Shown here: piece by piece, positions 29,610 to 39,989 of the stretch | Numbering within the stretch: position 1 is the stretch's first letter | Layout of the letters: the number at the start of each line of letters is the position of its first letter | NCBI GenBank assembly: GCA_049968255.1 | Contig: JBMFRB010000003.1 | Location: 256,998-320,997 of the forward strand | Source: Candidatus Sumerlaeaceae bacterium | GTDB taxonomy: Bacteria > Sumerlaeota > Sumerlaeia > Sumerlaeales > Sumerlaeaceae | DNA length: 64,000 bases | Direction: 5' to 3' | Translations under genes and position numbers: made by a program | The notes under the pieces: generated by a model | Database searches by the model: none | Told to the model about the DNA's origin: nothing | The model's input: the letters and a program-made list of their open reading frames with translations, nothing else

Positions 29610-31502
29610 ATGGCGGACGCACCTCAGTTCTCACCAGCGGCGGGCGGCGATCACTCCCGCGCCGCGCCGGAGTCGTTTACCGCTACCTTTGTGCTCGGCC
29701 TGATTGTGGGACTCACGGCTGCTGCCCTCTACCTTCCAACGCTGCGCTATGGCTTCGTGTGGGACGACGTGTATTTTGTTGTCAAAAATACAACAATTCG
29801 CACCTGGAGCACGTGGCGCGATGACTTCACGACGTCCACGGCCTATGCAGCGATGGTGAATGCCGCTATGTTTCGACCCGCGCGCAACTGGAGCTATCGC
29901 CTCGATTGGATGCTAGCTGGTCTCAACCCTGTTTGGTGGCACGCACACAACGTCCTCCTTCATGCGGTAAACTCTATGCTTGTCTTCACTTGGCTGCTTA
30001 GTCTTCTCAAGTGGCTTCATCTGCAACAGGCAGATAGCGGCAATGACTATCGGCGGCCTTTGGCGTTTATCGCCGCTCTTGTGTGGGCCGTTCATCCTGT
30101 CCACACCGAAGCTGTTTGCTGGATCAAGGACCGCGACGAGCTGCTCTTTACGTTTTTTTCATTGCTCGGTCTCCTCCTCACCGTTGCTGAGGCAAGGCGC
30201 AAGGCGCCGCGTATGTGGGCGAGAGTTGGCATCTTGCTTTTCACGAGCCTGGCCCTCCTCAGCAAAGAAATGGCCGCCAGCTTGCCACTTCTCGTCGGGC
30301 TCCTTGCCATATTTGCTCCCCGTGGGTGCACAAAGCGACCATATTTTGGGGGCATCATGACTTTTCAGATCGCCGTTGTTGTGGCTTACATGTTTCTGCG
30401 CCACCGAGCGCTCGGAGGAACGGCTCAATGCGGTTACCTTTCCGGAGCGTTTCTCACAGAGATGTTCACAATGGTCCGCGCTGCCGCGCACTACGTGGTT
30501 CTTACGTTATGGCCCGCTCGTCTAGTCGCGGACTACAGCCATTTCGAATCCACACGCACTCTCTTTGAGCTGCGATGGTGGCTGGCCCTTGGCGTTGTCC
30601 TCGCCACATTTCTGTTCGCTCTCATTGCACGCCGGCGTGCGCCGCTTTGTACGTTTGGAATCTTATGGTTTTGGCTCGCCCTTCTCCCCGTCTCGAACGT
30701 CATTCCCACTATGCAGTTCTTGGCAGAGCGTTTTCTCTATTTTCCCCTCATCGGAGCTGCCCTCGCCCTTGCCGGTGTTTGTCGTGCGGCACTTGCGCAT
30801 CGTCACACGGTTGGCACGGAAGTATTGGCCTGGCGGAGAGCATTTGCTGGTCGGATTGCGCTGCGCACACCGCGCCACACCCAGCTAGCGCTGGTCATGG
30901 CCTTGATTATCACGGCGCTTGTTGCGCGAAGTGTTTTGCGCATCGGCGTGTGGCGCGAGGAGGTAACTCTCTATGCGGCCACACTTCGTGATGCGCCCCG
31001 CAACGGCCGTGCCTTCATCAATGTGGTCATAACTCTTGCCAACCGCGGGGATGCGGTGACCGCCTCGAATATGATCACGCGCTTTTATGCCAGCACCGAC
31101 CCTGTGTTGCGCAGTGTGAATCCGCAGATGCTTTTGCGCGCCGAAGCAGCTGTGGCCACGCGTCTCGGGGAATTTGCCAAGGCCGCAGAACTTTGGCGCC
31201 GTGCCCTACAAACTGCACCCGCGGACGTGGATGCCCTGTTCGCGCTTGGGATTTGCGAGGGAAATCTTGGAAACCATGAAAGTGCCTTGCGCTGTTTCAT
31301 CGAAGCGGCGCGCCAGGATCCTTATCTTCCAAATCTTCGCCGCAATATGTTCTTGGCGCTGCAAAATCTTGGGCGCCACGCGGAAGCGAATGCCTTGGCG
31401 CGTGGCGCCTTAAGTATAAGCGATCTTGCAACGACCTCGTCAGCCCCCATGCCGACACGGCCATTATCCACTAGTCGCGGGGCCAAACAAGACGCAAAGT
31501 GA
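29610..31502 (+). CDS. TMTC-like GT-C membrane protein with C-terminal TPRs
   Basis: GFVWDD, FRP, HNVLLH, AVHPVHTEAV, LALLSKE, LAERFLYFP, TPR tail. Confidence 0.85.
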   Translation: MADAPQFSPAAGGDHSRAAPESFTATFVLGLIVGLTAAALYLPTLRYGFVWDDVYFVVKNTTIRTWSTWRDDFTTSTAYAAMVNAAMFRPARNWSYRLDWMLAGLNPVWWHAHNVLLHAVNSMLVFTWLLSLLKWLHLQQADSGNDYRRPLAFIAALVWAVHPVHTEAVCWIKDRDELLFTFFSLLGLLLTVAEARRKAPRMWARVGILLFTSLALLSKEMAASLPLLVGLLAIFAPRGCTKRPYFGGIMTFQIAVVVAYMFLRHRALGGTAQCGYLSGAFLTEMFTMVRAAAHYVVLTLWPARLVADYSHFESTRTLFELRWWLALGVVLATFLFALIARRRAPLCTFGILWFWLALLPVSNVIPTMQFLAERFLYFPLIGAALALAGVCRAALAHRHTVGTEVLAWRRAFAGRIALRTPRHTQLALVMALIITALVARSVLRIGVWREEVTLYAATLRDAPRNGRAFINVVITLANRGDAVTASNMITRFYASTDPVLRSVNPQMLLRAEAAVATRLGEFAKAAELWRRALQTAPADVDALFALGICEGNLGNHESALRCFIEAARQDPYLPNLRRNMFLALQNLGRHAEANALARGALSISDLATTSSAPMPTRPLSTSRGAKQDAK

Positions 31503-34221
31503 CAATCTTTTTCGGCCCCACGGCGAGATCCAGCCGCCGTCCTCCATCCTGTAATTCGAGAGTTTCTTCCAAAAGCTCCTCGAGCGAGAGGCGTTCGGCG
31601 CGCACGAGTGGCAGGCCGAAGTACAATCGCGCAATTTGTTGGCGCTCCGTGGCGTTCCAAAACCGCAGGACCATGCCCTCGCCGTTTTCGGCGAGTTTGA
31701 TTCCACTCATGATAAGCTGGTCGCCATCGAGTCGGACAAAGCTCGCCTGTCGCGGTAAGGGGCCGTGTGTCGGAGCCGAGAGCAATGCCTGCAGCGGGGC
31801 CACAAGCGTCGCCACGTGTTCGAATACTCGGCTCTCGCTCCACCCATCGCGGTGCGGGTAAAGAAGAAAACGGTAGACGTGATCGCCAAGGCATTGTGCA
31901 CCCGGGGTAGGGCGCCCGAACACGAAAGTCCCAAAGGCGCGGAGCAGCGTAATGGCGATCGTGCGCGCCGCGTCGTCTATCACTTCGTACTCGATAAGGC
32001 CGTCGTTGATCACGGCAAGCCCTTGTGTACCGTCGTTCACCTCCACCCAGTGCCACATGGGCTGCGTCGGATAGGGCGGTTCTTTCCATCCCGTGGCATC
32101 GGGAAGTTTGATGGGGCGTCGTAACACATCGAACTGGCCATCTGCTGTGGAAAACTCAGCACGACCCAGTCCCGACGGAAAAAGAATTCGTAGGCGGTGG
32201 TTCTCCGCAAGGTTTCTAAGGCGAAGCTCCACACGTGCGAAATCGGCCTTGCGCTCGAGCGCCACACGCAGCGAGATCGGCAATTTGGCCTTCTCGCGGG
32301 TCCGAGTGCCCGCTGGGCTTTTCCCCTTTGGCACAGGAAACTCGTAGCTCACCTCGATCTCGCCGTAGAGCGGTCCGCGCTCGACGATGCGCATCTGTGC
32401 GCGGCGGCGCACATTCGAGTAAATCGGTTTGTCGCCGGGCGGCACCACGCGATTCCAAGGATCACCAAATTCTGCACTGTCCTCGAGCACGCCAAGATTT
32501 TCAAATCGGCGGCCGAGGCGCTTATCGACGAGTGTGAAAGTCCCGTCGTCGTGGAGCTCGACCCGTAGCGCGTCATTCTCCAGCGTCCGCTCGTCGCGCA
32601 CAATATCGGGCGAGCTCGCAGCGTGGGGCTTTTTGTCGCGGCGTACCGTCAACACCTCATAGCCGAACGCCGGCACATTGTCGAGCTCTAGCCGCGTGTA
32701 GAAACGCTGCACGGGAAAAGTCATCGTCAGCTCGTAGCCGCTCTCGATCGTCGCTGTGTAGTTTTCGCGGCGCACAATTTGCATCGGCACAGGACTGCCG
32801 TCGGCGCGCTCCACAGCGAACATCACATTCTCCTGATCGCTCGGAATATCGATGATGAATTCGCTAATGAGGTTGCGACGGTAGGGGAGAGGATTGAAAA
32901 GCGTAAGCTGAAGGTCAGTGGGTGCGATCGCCGACCCATCCACGCGCAGCGCCACATCGCGCATGGAGCGGCGGCAGATTTCGTCGCTGATCGTCTCAAC
33001 TTCACCCCACCGCGCCTGCATTTCCACATGCACGCGATCCACGCTGCAGCCGCCCACCGCGTCGTGTGCCTGATTCACCAACAAGCGCTTCCAAACCTGG
33101 TCAAAGAATGGCGTGGGATAAGTCGAGCCAGTGATCCTCGCCATTGCGGCCAGTGGCTCACTTCCGTAGAGAACCTTAGCACAAATTCGCGCGTTCTGCT
33201 GCTTGAGATAGGTGCGGCACGAAAGGATGAGCGCCATGAGGTTCGTCCAAAGTCCCTCTTTTAGAGTGTGGCGCATCTCGCCCTCGAGCACCTGCAACTC
33301 GCTCGCCTCCTTGCGGAACTCAGTCAGATACTGCGCAAACGTCGAATGAAAGATCTCTTCATCGCGCGTTACGCATCGTTTCGCCAGCGCCTCGAGCAAG
33401 TCTAATTCCTCTTCCGCGGCAAAGGAATGATCGTGCCCCATCATGTAGAGGAGCTGGCTGGTTGTGGCGTCGGCCGCTGTGTGGCGCAAGGCATCGTCCA
33501 GCGCCGTTTCGAGCATGTCTTCATGCACGCGCAAAGTCAGCGCACCATAGCCGTATTGCCTGTCCTGCGACTGCTCGTTGGCCACGTGGAATGGAATTTC
33601 CGCGGGGTTCCAGTGATATTCGCGATCGCGCACCGTGCGCCCTAGAAGCCCTGGACGATAGAGCAGGTAATAGTAGTTATAGCGCGCGTAGTCGCCGAAG
33701 CGCAAGGCGAAGATCTGTGTGCCATCGGCGCCGCGCCAGAGAAATTCGGACTTGGCCACGTGCTTGCCAACGCCGCGGTAGAACAGGCAGTGGTCAATGC
33801 CGAAACCCATGTAGAGCTGGGGCAGCTGGGAAATCTGGCCGTTCGAGAACGGGGTGTAGCCAATCTTCTGCACTCGGCCAAGCTCTCGGGCTACACGGTG
33901 ACCGCGCAGGAGATTGCGCACGAGCGCCTCGCCTGGGCACGCCCACATGTCCGGAAGACTATACCACGGCCCCATCTGGAGGCGGTCACTCTGAACCAGA
34001 CGCTTCACACGCTCAGTGTTTTCAGGGCGAATTTCAAGATAGTCTTCTACAATAACAGCCTGGCTATCGAGATAAAAAGCGCGATACTCCGCTCGCTGCT
34101 CGAGAAGATCCAGCAAACGGTCCATCATCTCAACCAGGTCCATACGGTAAGCCTGGAACGGATATCGCCATTCGCGGTCCCAGTGTGTGTTGGAAATCAC
34201 GTGGCAATGCCATTTTTTCAT
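31471..34221 (-). CDS. GH38 alpha-mannosidase (MngB-like)
   Basis: HVISNTHWDREW, YLDSQ, QMGPWY, EALVRNL, QLPQL, NQAHDAVGGCSVD; AAGGA RBS before ATG 34221. Confidence 0.92.
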   Translation of the reverse strand: MKKWHCHVISNTHWDREWRYPFQAYRMDLVEMMDRLLDLLEQRAEYRAFYLDSQAVIVEDYLEIRPENTERVKRLVQSDRLQMGPWYSLPDMWACPGEALVRNLLRGHRVARELGRVQKIGYTPFSNGQISQLPQLYMGFGIDHCLFYRGVGKHVAKSEFLWRGADGTQIFALRFGDYARYNYYYLLYRPGLLGRTVRDREYHWNPAEIPFHVANEQSQDRQYGYGALTLRVHEDMLETALDDALRHTAADATTSQLLYMMGHDHSFAAEEELDLLEALAKRCVTRDEEIFHSTFAQYLTEFRKEASELQVLEGEMRHTLKEGLWTNLMALILSCRTYLKQQNARICAKVLYGSEPLAAMARITGSTYPTPFFDQVWKRLLVNQAHDAVGGCSVDRVHVEMQARWGEVETISDEICRRSMRDVALRVDGSAIAPTDLQLTLFNPLPYRRNLISEFIIDIPSDQENVMFAVERADGSPVPMQIVRRENYTATIESGYELTMTFPVQRFYTRLELDNVPAFGYEVLTVRRDKKPHAASSPDIVRDERTLENDALRVELHDDGTFTLVDKRLGRRFENLGVLEDSAEFGDPWNRVVPPGDKPIYSNVRRRAQMRIVERGPLYGEIEVSYEFPVPKGKSPAGTRTREKAKLPISLRVALERKADFARVELRLRNLAENHRLRILFPSGLGRAEFSTADGQFDVLRRPIKLPDATGWKEPPYPTQPMWHWVEVNDGTQGLAVINDGLIEYEVIDDAARTIAITLLRAFGTFVFGRPTPGAQCLGDHVYRFLLYPHRDGWSESRVFEHVATLVAPLQALLSAPTHGPLPRQASFVRLDGDQLIMSGIKLAENGEGMVLRFWNATERQQIARLYFGLPLVRAERLSLEELLEETLELQDGGRRLDLAVGPKKIVTLRLVWPRD

Positions 34222-34475
34222 AAAACGCCATTCCTTTCGTCGGCCACACTCGTTCGCGCAGTCCCGCGCGTTTTGACGCTGAAAACAACCGCCTTGAGTT
34301 GCATAATACTCTTGTGCTTTGTTTAGGCAGTTTACGGGGTCCTTGCACAGAAATTTTGCTGATCCGTCAAACGTAATTTTAGTATTGTGAAAAAGCACTG
34401 CTTTGTGCTTCTTCTTCGATGCCAAAAGCAGAACAACCTCAATTCGACCAAACAGAAAGGTGATGCAAGAAGCTT

Positions 34476-35471
34476 ATGATTCCCGATTACATACCGGGGC
34501 TTGGCGAGATCGGTGCTGAGTGTCGAGATGATTTCGAGTCGCTTTCGGTTGGAGCACAGGGACGCTTTCAAGTCGGCCGCGAAGGCGTCAAAGCCATCCT
34601 TGTGCCAAAAGATAAGAAAAGTGAGTTTATTATCTTCGCGGATAAGACTCTTGTTTTTATTCGTTCCGCGCTCGGCTATCCTGCAATCTATCCTCTCAAT
34701 GAGGTCCGATTCGAACCACCTGTGAAAGCCGTGCTCATGGACCTCGACGGCACGAGTGTGCGCAGCGAAGACATGTGGATGTGGATTATCGAGCGGACGG
34801 TGGCCACCTTGCGCCACGATCCCGATTTTCATTTCGTGCCCGAGGATCTTCCGCACGTGGCCGGCCACAGCGTGAGCGAGCACCTCAACTACTGCATCGA
34901 AAAATACTGCCCCTCGGCCACGCTGGAGGATGCCCGCAACGTTTACTTCCAGCTCGTGGCTCACGAGATGAAGGAAATCGAAGAAGGACGCGGGCATGCC
35001 GAAGCGTTTCATCCGGCACCTGGCCTAAAGGAATTCTTGCTTGAGCTCAAGGCGCACGGTGTGAAAATCGGCCTCGTTACTTCCGGCCTTTTCGAAAAAG
35101 CTTGGCCAGAAATTCTTGCAGCATTCCGCACCATGGGGCTCGGCAATCCGCTCGAATTCTACGATTCAATTATTTCGGCAGGCACCCCCTTGCGTAAAGG
35201 GCAGGTAGGCACGCTTGGCGAACTAGAACCGAAACCTCACCCATGGCTTTATGCAGAGACCGCCGCCGTCGGGCTCAACATCGCACCCGAAGATCGCTGC
35301 CATGTCGTCGGCATGGAAGATTCTTCGGCTGGAGTTCTCGCAATCCGGTTGGCTGGTTTCTTCACTATTGGTGTGGCAGGCGGTAACTATGCGGCGGGAG
35401 GGATGCGCGCACTCGTCAACAGCGAGTGCGACAAGCTTACCGACGCTCTTCCGCTCCTTCTGGGAAAATAA
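34476..35471 (+). CDS. HAD-superfamily phosphatase with N-terminal extension
   Basis: MDLDGT, LVTSG, KPHP, GMEDSSAG. Confidence 0.88.
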   Translation: MIPDYIPGLGEIGAECRDDFESLSVGAQGRFQVGREGVKAILVPKDKKSEFIIFADKTLVFIRSALGYPAIYPLNEVRFEPPVKAVLMDLDGTSVRSEDMWMWIIERTVATLRHDPDFHFVPEDLPHVAGHSVSEHLNYCIEKYCPSATLEDARNVYFQLVAHEMKEIEEGRGHAEAFHPAPGLKEFLLELKAHGVKIGLVTSGLFEKAWPEILAAFRTMGLGNPLEFYDSIISAGTPLRKGQVGTLGELEPKPHPWLYAETAAVGLNIAPEDRCHVVGMEDSSAGVLAIRLAGFFTIGVAGGNYAAGGMRALVNSECDKLTDALPLLLGK

Positions 35472-35748
35472 CGCGGGGCGAGAGATGGGTTTTTGGCCGT
35501 GTCGGGCTCGTCGCGCCACCCTTTCTTGGCAACCGAATTATGGCGGGGGAGTCAACATCGCCATCAGGGGCGACCAGCGCCAATTTCGAAAAACTTGACT
35601 CCGGATCGAAGTGCCATCGGCCCACGCGCGAAAGAAAGTCATATTCGCGAATAGTTGTTACCAGTAAGCTCATAAGATAAGAGCGAAGCGCATAGCCACA
35701 GCAACTGAGCCACAGCGATCGCCCTGCACTGCCTCCCGGCGTATGCGC

Positions 35749-36792
35749 TTACTCGGTTTCTTGGCCGTGTTCGTGATGGGCGCGGACCCGTTCCACCCAT
35801 TGTCCTGCCGCCCACTCCATCGCTGGCTCGTTGCGGAGCATTGCGTCGTAGAGTGTCCCGATGACGTAAAGGGCCTGCCCCGGTGTTCCCGGGCTCATAT
35901 CCTCAGCGATTTCTTCTGCATTGAGCACGCCGAGAAGGATCGGGATCACGTAAGGGTTAGCCTCGAGGGCGCTGTCCAAAACTTCCAACGCCTCGTCCTC
36001 ATGACCAAGACGGTGGTGAGCTATCATCCGGGCGTACTGAAAAACTGGGCCATCGTCGGCCTCATAGCGCTCGTCCATCAGCGCCAAAGCCTTGTCAGTT
36101 TGCTCCGCGGCGAGGTAGTAGCCAGCAAGATAATCGCGCACACCGATGTGATCTTGTGGACATAGCTCCAGCATGCCCTCGGCCTCGGCAATGGCGCCGT
36201 CGTAGTCCTTCATGGCACCCAACGCCACCATGAGAGCTTGGCGTGCTCGCAAGTAGGGGCGGGTTTCCGGATCTACGTAAAATTCGCCGCGTTTTGTCTC
36301 GAAATACGCTGGCCCGAGGTTAGCTTCGGCATTGCGCACGATCTCCCGCAAACGCCTTGCCTCATTGGCCGGCGTGTCTGCTCCGATAAGCAGCACTTGG
36401 GCATCCAAATTGTGGGGATCAATTTCTAGCGCCTCGCGCAAAAGCGACTCCGCTTCTTCATCCGTTTGTGCTAAGCCGACTTGCGCCACTAGAAGAAGTG
36501 ACTTTTCCTGAGGGGTCAATTCGAGCTCGTTGAAAACGTCATCGGCGCCTCTTTCGGCAAGCAGGGCCTCGAAGCGACGCGAGCCTTCCTCAGCATTGGC
36601 GAATTTGCCCTCCCGCACCATGCGGTTGAGCACCCGTTCGAGGATTTCGAGCTGGCGGGCACGCACCGAATAAGGCATGTCGCCCTCTTCATGGTCGTGA
36701 TGACCGCCGCAGCAGTCGTGGCCGTGTCCGCCACAGCAGCCGAAGTCGCTCTCGTCCGGCTGCTCGTCGTGGGAATGGTGTTTAGGGGTCAA
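35749..36792 (-). CDS. TPR (ST7-like) protein with His/Cys-rich N-terminus
   Basis: ETRPYLRAR...LELCPQDHIGVRDYL helical repeats; TTG start 36792 with AAGGA RBS; GCCGGHGHDCCGGHHDH. Confidence 0.78.
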   Translation of the reverse strand: MTPKHHSHDEQPDESDFGCCGGHGHDCCGGHHDHEEGDMPYSVRARQLEILERVLNRMVREGKFANAEEGSRRFEALLAERGADDVFNELELTPQEKSLLLVAQVGLAQTDEEAESLLREALEIDPHNLDAQVLLIGADTPANEARRLREIVRNAEANLGPAYFETKRGEFYVDPETRPYLRARQALMVALGAMKDYDGAIAEAEGMLELCPQDHIGVRDYLAGYYLAAEQTDKALALMDERYEADDGPVFQYARMIAHHRLGHEDEALEVLDSALEANPYVIPILLGVLNAEEIAEDMSPGTPGQALYVIGTLYDAMLRNEPAMEWAAGQWVERVRAHHEHGQETE

Positions 36793-36920
36793 AATCGTGG
36801 TTCCTTGTGAAGTGAAATGATTCTCTTTGAAAGGTCTAAACGCGGCATGAGAGGAAATTCGATTCGCGATGTCTTTTTTCCCCTGCGAGTGCCTTGCTAG
36901 CAAATTCCGCGCAGGGCAAC

Positions 36921-38312
36921 TTAGAGCTCGACCGGCACGCCGTATTCGGGAATCTCCGGAGTGAGACCGTAGCGCTCCCGGATAAGCTTGGCCAAGGGCT
37001 CTTGTGCTCGCGGTTCGCCATGGGTCAGCAACACACGGGGGCGAAGCGGCGCGGCGCATCCTAGCCAATTCACAAGTTCGCTTTGGCCAGCGTGAGCGCT
37101 AAAACCGTTTAGCGTGTGGATCGTGGCGCGCACGACAATTTCCTCGCCGTAAATGTGCACCTTCTGGCGCCCCTCCACGAGCTGACGCCCCAGCGTCCCT
37201 TCCGCTTGATAGCCCACAATAAGGACATGTGTTTCAGGCCGCCAGAGATTATGGCGCAGATGATGAAGAATGCGCCCACCCGTGCACATGCCTGAGCCAG
37301 CCATGATCATGAGCGGCCCCTCGAGGTTGTTCAACGCCATGGATTCCTCTGCCGTACGGCAGAATTTCACCGCGGAAAAGTCGCGTTCCAGCTGGCCCGT
37401 GCGGTGCAATTCCATCGCTTCTTCGTCGAAAAGCTCAACGTGGCGCAAGTAAAGGCGCGTAGCCTCCTCGGCCATTGGGCTATCCAGATAGATCGGAAAA
37501 TGCGCAAGGACACCGCTACGAAACAGTGCCGAGAGATGATAGATGAGCGTTTGCGTGCGGCCGATCGCAAAAGCAGGCACAAGGATCTTTCCGCGCCGCT
37601 TGAGCGCCGTATTGATGACGATGCGCGTTTCCTCGAGTGTTTCCGCTAGCGAGCGATGATCGCGGTCACCGTAAGTGGACTCCATGAAGATCGAGTCTGC
37701 CCCGCAGAAGCGCTCCGGATCGCGCACCACCGGCGCCCCCAGATGGCCGATATCGCCAGAAAAAATCGCAACATGGCGACGCCCATTTTCCTCAAGGATA
37801 AGCTCAATACTGGCCGAGCCAAGGATATGGCCAGCCTCTACCCATCGTGCCGTGATACCGGAGGCCACGCGGGTCGGCGTGTTGTATTCGGCGCTCCGAA
37901 ACAGCGTCATGGTCTCAGCCACATCCTCCGGCGTGTAGAGCACTTCGAGCAAGTCGAGTCCGGCGCGCAAGCGTCGGCGATTGATACGAGCAAGGTCTTG
38001 GGCCTGTACTTTCGCCGCGTCGTGCAGAACGAGCGAAGTCAGTTCGACTGTGGCGGGTGTGGCGTAGATGGGACCACGATAGCCAGCCTTCCACAGTAGC
38101 GGCAGGCGCCCGCAGTGATCGAGGTGGCCGTGCGTCAGCACGACGGCATCGAGCGCTTTCACGTCGAGCTGCGGCGGCACCTTGTTCGCCCCATCATGAT
38201 TGTCGTGGCCTTGCATCATGCCAAAATCGACGAGAATTTTTGCACCTGCCGTTTCCACAAGGTAAGCTGAACCCGTAACTGTCCGGGCTGCGCCGAAAAG
38301 TGTCACCCTCAT
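36921..38312 (-). CDS. MBL-fold beta-CASP ribonuclease (Ysh1/TTHA0252-like)
   Basis: GAARTVTGS, THGHLDHCG, AGHILGS, SGDIG, MESTYG, PAFAIGRTQ, FSAHAG, THGE. Confidence 0.93.
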   Translation of the reverse strand: MRVTLFGAARTVTGSAYLVETAGAKILVDFGMMQGHDNHDGANKVPPQLDVKALDAVVLTHGHLDHCGRLPLLWKAGYRGPIYATPATVELTSLVLHDAAKVQAQDLARINRRRLRAGLDLLEVLYTPEDVAETMTLFRSAEYNTPTRVASGITARWVEAGHILGSASIELILEENGRRHVAIFSGDIGHLGAPVVRDPERFCGADSIFMESTYGDRDHRSLAETLEETRIVINTALKRRGKILVPAFAIGRTQTLIYHLSALFRSGVLAHFPIYLDSPMAEEATRLYLRHVELFDEEAMELHRTGQLERDFSAVKFCRTAEESMALNNLEGPLMIMAGSGMCTGGRILHHLRHNLWRPETHVLIVGYQAEGTLGRQLVEGRQKVHIYGEEIVVRATIHTLNGFSAHAGQSELVNWLGCAAPLRPRVLLTHGEPRAQEPLAKLIRERYGLTPEIPEYGVPVEL

Positions 38313-38517
38313 GTCTACTCGATTCCTTTCAGTAAGTCCTTGTGTCACCCGCGCAATGGCTTTAGTCAACGGTGGAGACAAAACAGTTTCACTGGCGCCC
38401 TTCCGCGCGTGAGCGGCCTGCCCAATGATGCCCGACGAATCGGCTTGCGCCGCATCAAGCCCTTGCCGAGAATCACCCCTTATTGCGTGGCAACTCGATG
38501 AACAGGAGTGCATGGCC

Positions 38518-39912
38518 ATGTCGCTACTCGTGCGCAACGGACGAATCGTGACTGCGACAGATGACTACATAGCCGACGTCTACATTCAGGGTGAAACAGT
38601 CACGCTTATCGGGAAAAACCTCGAAGTTCCGGCCGACGAGGTCATCGATGCAACGGGCAAACTCGTTTTGCCGGGCGGCGTAGATCCACACGTTCATCTG
38701 GATCTTCCCGTCGGTGCGGTGATTTCCAGCGACGATTACGAAACCGGCACGCGGGCCGCAGCTTGTGGCGGAACCACGACAGTGCTCGACTTCCCCACCC
38801 AGGAGCGCGGCCGATCGCTGTTCGAAGCGCTCGACCTTTGGCATCAAAAAGCTGCTGGCAAGGCGTGTGTGGATTACGGCTTCCACATGATCGTATGCGA
38901 CATGTCCCCCGAGCGCGAAGATGAGCTTGTCAAATTAGTCGAGCAAGGCATACCCAGCTTCAAACTCTTCACAGCGTATCCCGATCGCCTCTACGTTGAC
39001 GATGGCACACTTTACCGTGTGATGAAACGCGCCGCCGAGCTGCGAGCCGTAGTGATGATGCATGCTGAAAACGGCATCGTCATTGACGAAATCGTGCGAG
39101 CGGCATGTGCGCAGGGCCACACAGAGCCGCAGTGGCATGCGCTGACGCGGCCAGCCCTCATGGAAGGCGAAGCCGTGCATCGCTGTGTCGCGATTGCCCA
39201 GGTCGCAGGAGCTGTACTTTACGTCGTTCACATGTCGTGTGCCGCAGCGCTCGAGCCGCTGCGCGTGGCGCGCGACCGCGGGCAGCTCGTCTTCGGCGAA
39301 ACGTGCCCCCAATATCTCTTGCTCGATCACAGCCAATACGAGAAAGAAGGCTTCGAAGGCGCAAAGTGGGTGATGACGCCGCCGCTGCGCACGAAGGCCG
39401 ATCAAGCCGAGCTGTGGCAGGCCTTGCGGATGGGCGACATTCAAACCATCGGCACAGATCATTGCCCCTTCACCTTGGCGGACAAGGCGCGCGGCCGCGA
39501 CAGCTTCGTAAAAATTCCTAATGGCGCTCCAGGGATCGAAAACCGAATGGCGCTTCTCTATCACGCCGGCGTGCGTTCGGGCGCTCTCACGCTCAATCGC
39601 TTCGTGGAACTCACCAGCACAAACGCCGCGAAGATTTTTGGACTCTTTCCACGCAAAGGAACTATCGCCGTCGGGAGTGATGGCGACCTCGTTATTTTCG
39701 ACCCTAACCGCGAAGAAACAATCAGTGTCCACAATCCGCGTACGCACCACATGCGCGTGGACTACAGCGCCTACGAAGGATTAACGGTGCACGGCTATCC
39801 CGAAACGGTTGTGCTGCGAGGGCACGTTATCGTGCGCGACGGAGAATTTGTTGGCAGGCCAGGTAGGGGACAGTTTCTTGTGCGCCGGCCCTTCGACGAG
39901 CCTGTAGTCTGA
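38518..39912 (+). CDS. hydA: Dihydropyrimidinase / D-hydantoinase
   Basis: PGGVDPHVH, SFKLF, HAENG, YVVHMS, GETCPQYL, TDHCPF, KIPNGAPGIE; AGGAG RBS. Confidence 0.93.
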   Translation: MSLLVRNGRIVTATDDYIADVYIQGETVTLIGKNLEVPADEVIDATGKLVLPGGVDPHVHLDLPVGAVISSDDYETGTRAAACGGTTTVLDFPTQERGRSLFEALDLWHQKAAGKACVDYGFHMIVCDMSPEREDELVKLVEQGIPSFKLFTAYPDRLYVDDGTLYRVMKRAAELRAVVMMHAENGIVIDEIVRAACAQGHTEPQWHALTRPALMEGEAVHRCVAIAQVAGAVLYVVHMSCAAALEPLRVARDRGQLVFGETCPQYLLLDHSQYEKEGFEGAKWVMTPPLRTKADQAELWQALRMGDIQTIGTDHCPFTLADKARGRDSFVKIPNGAPGIENRMALLYHAGVRSGALTLNRFVELTSTNAAKIFGLFPRKGTIAVGSDGDLVIFDPNREETISVHNPRTHHMRVDYSAYEGLTVHGYPETVVLRGHVIVRDGEFVGRPGRGQFLVRRPFDEPVV

Positions 39913-39989
39913 GGCTTGCTCCCGCAAATGGTTGCAACGTGCTTTGAGGGAAGTTCCTTGCCCCTGCTCTGGTGCTACATTCGGCCATC

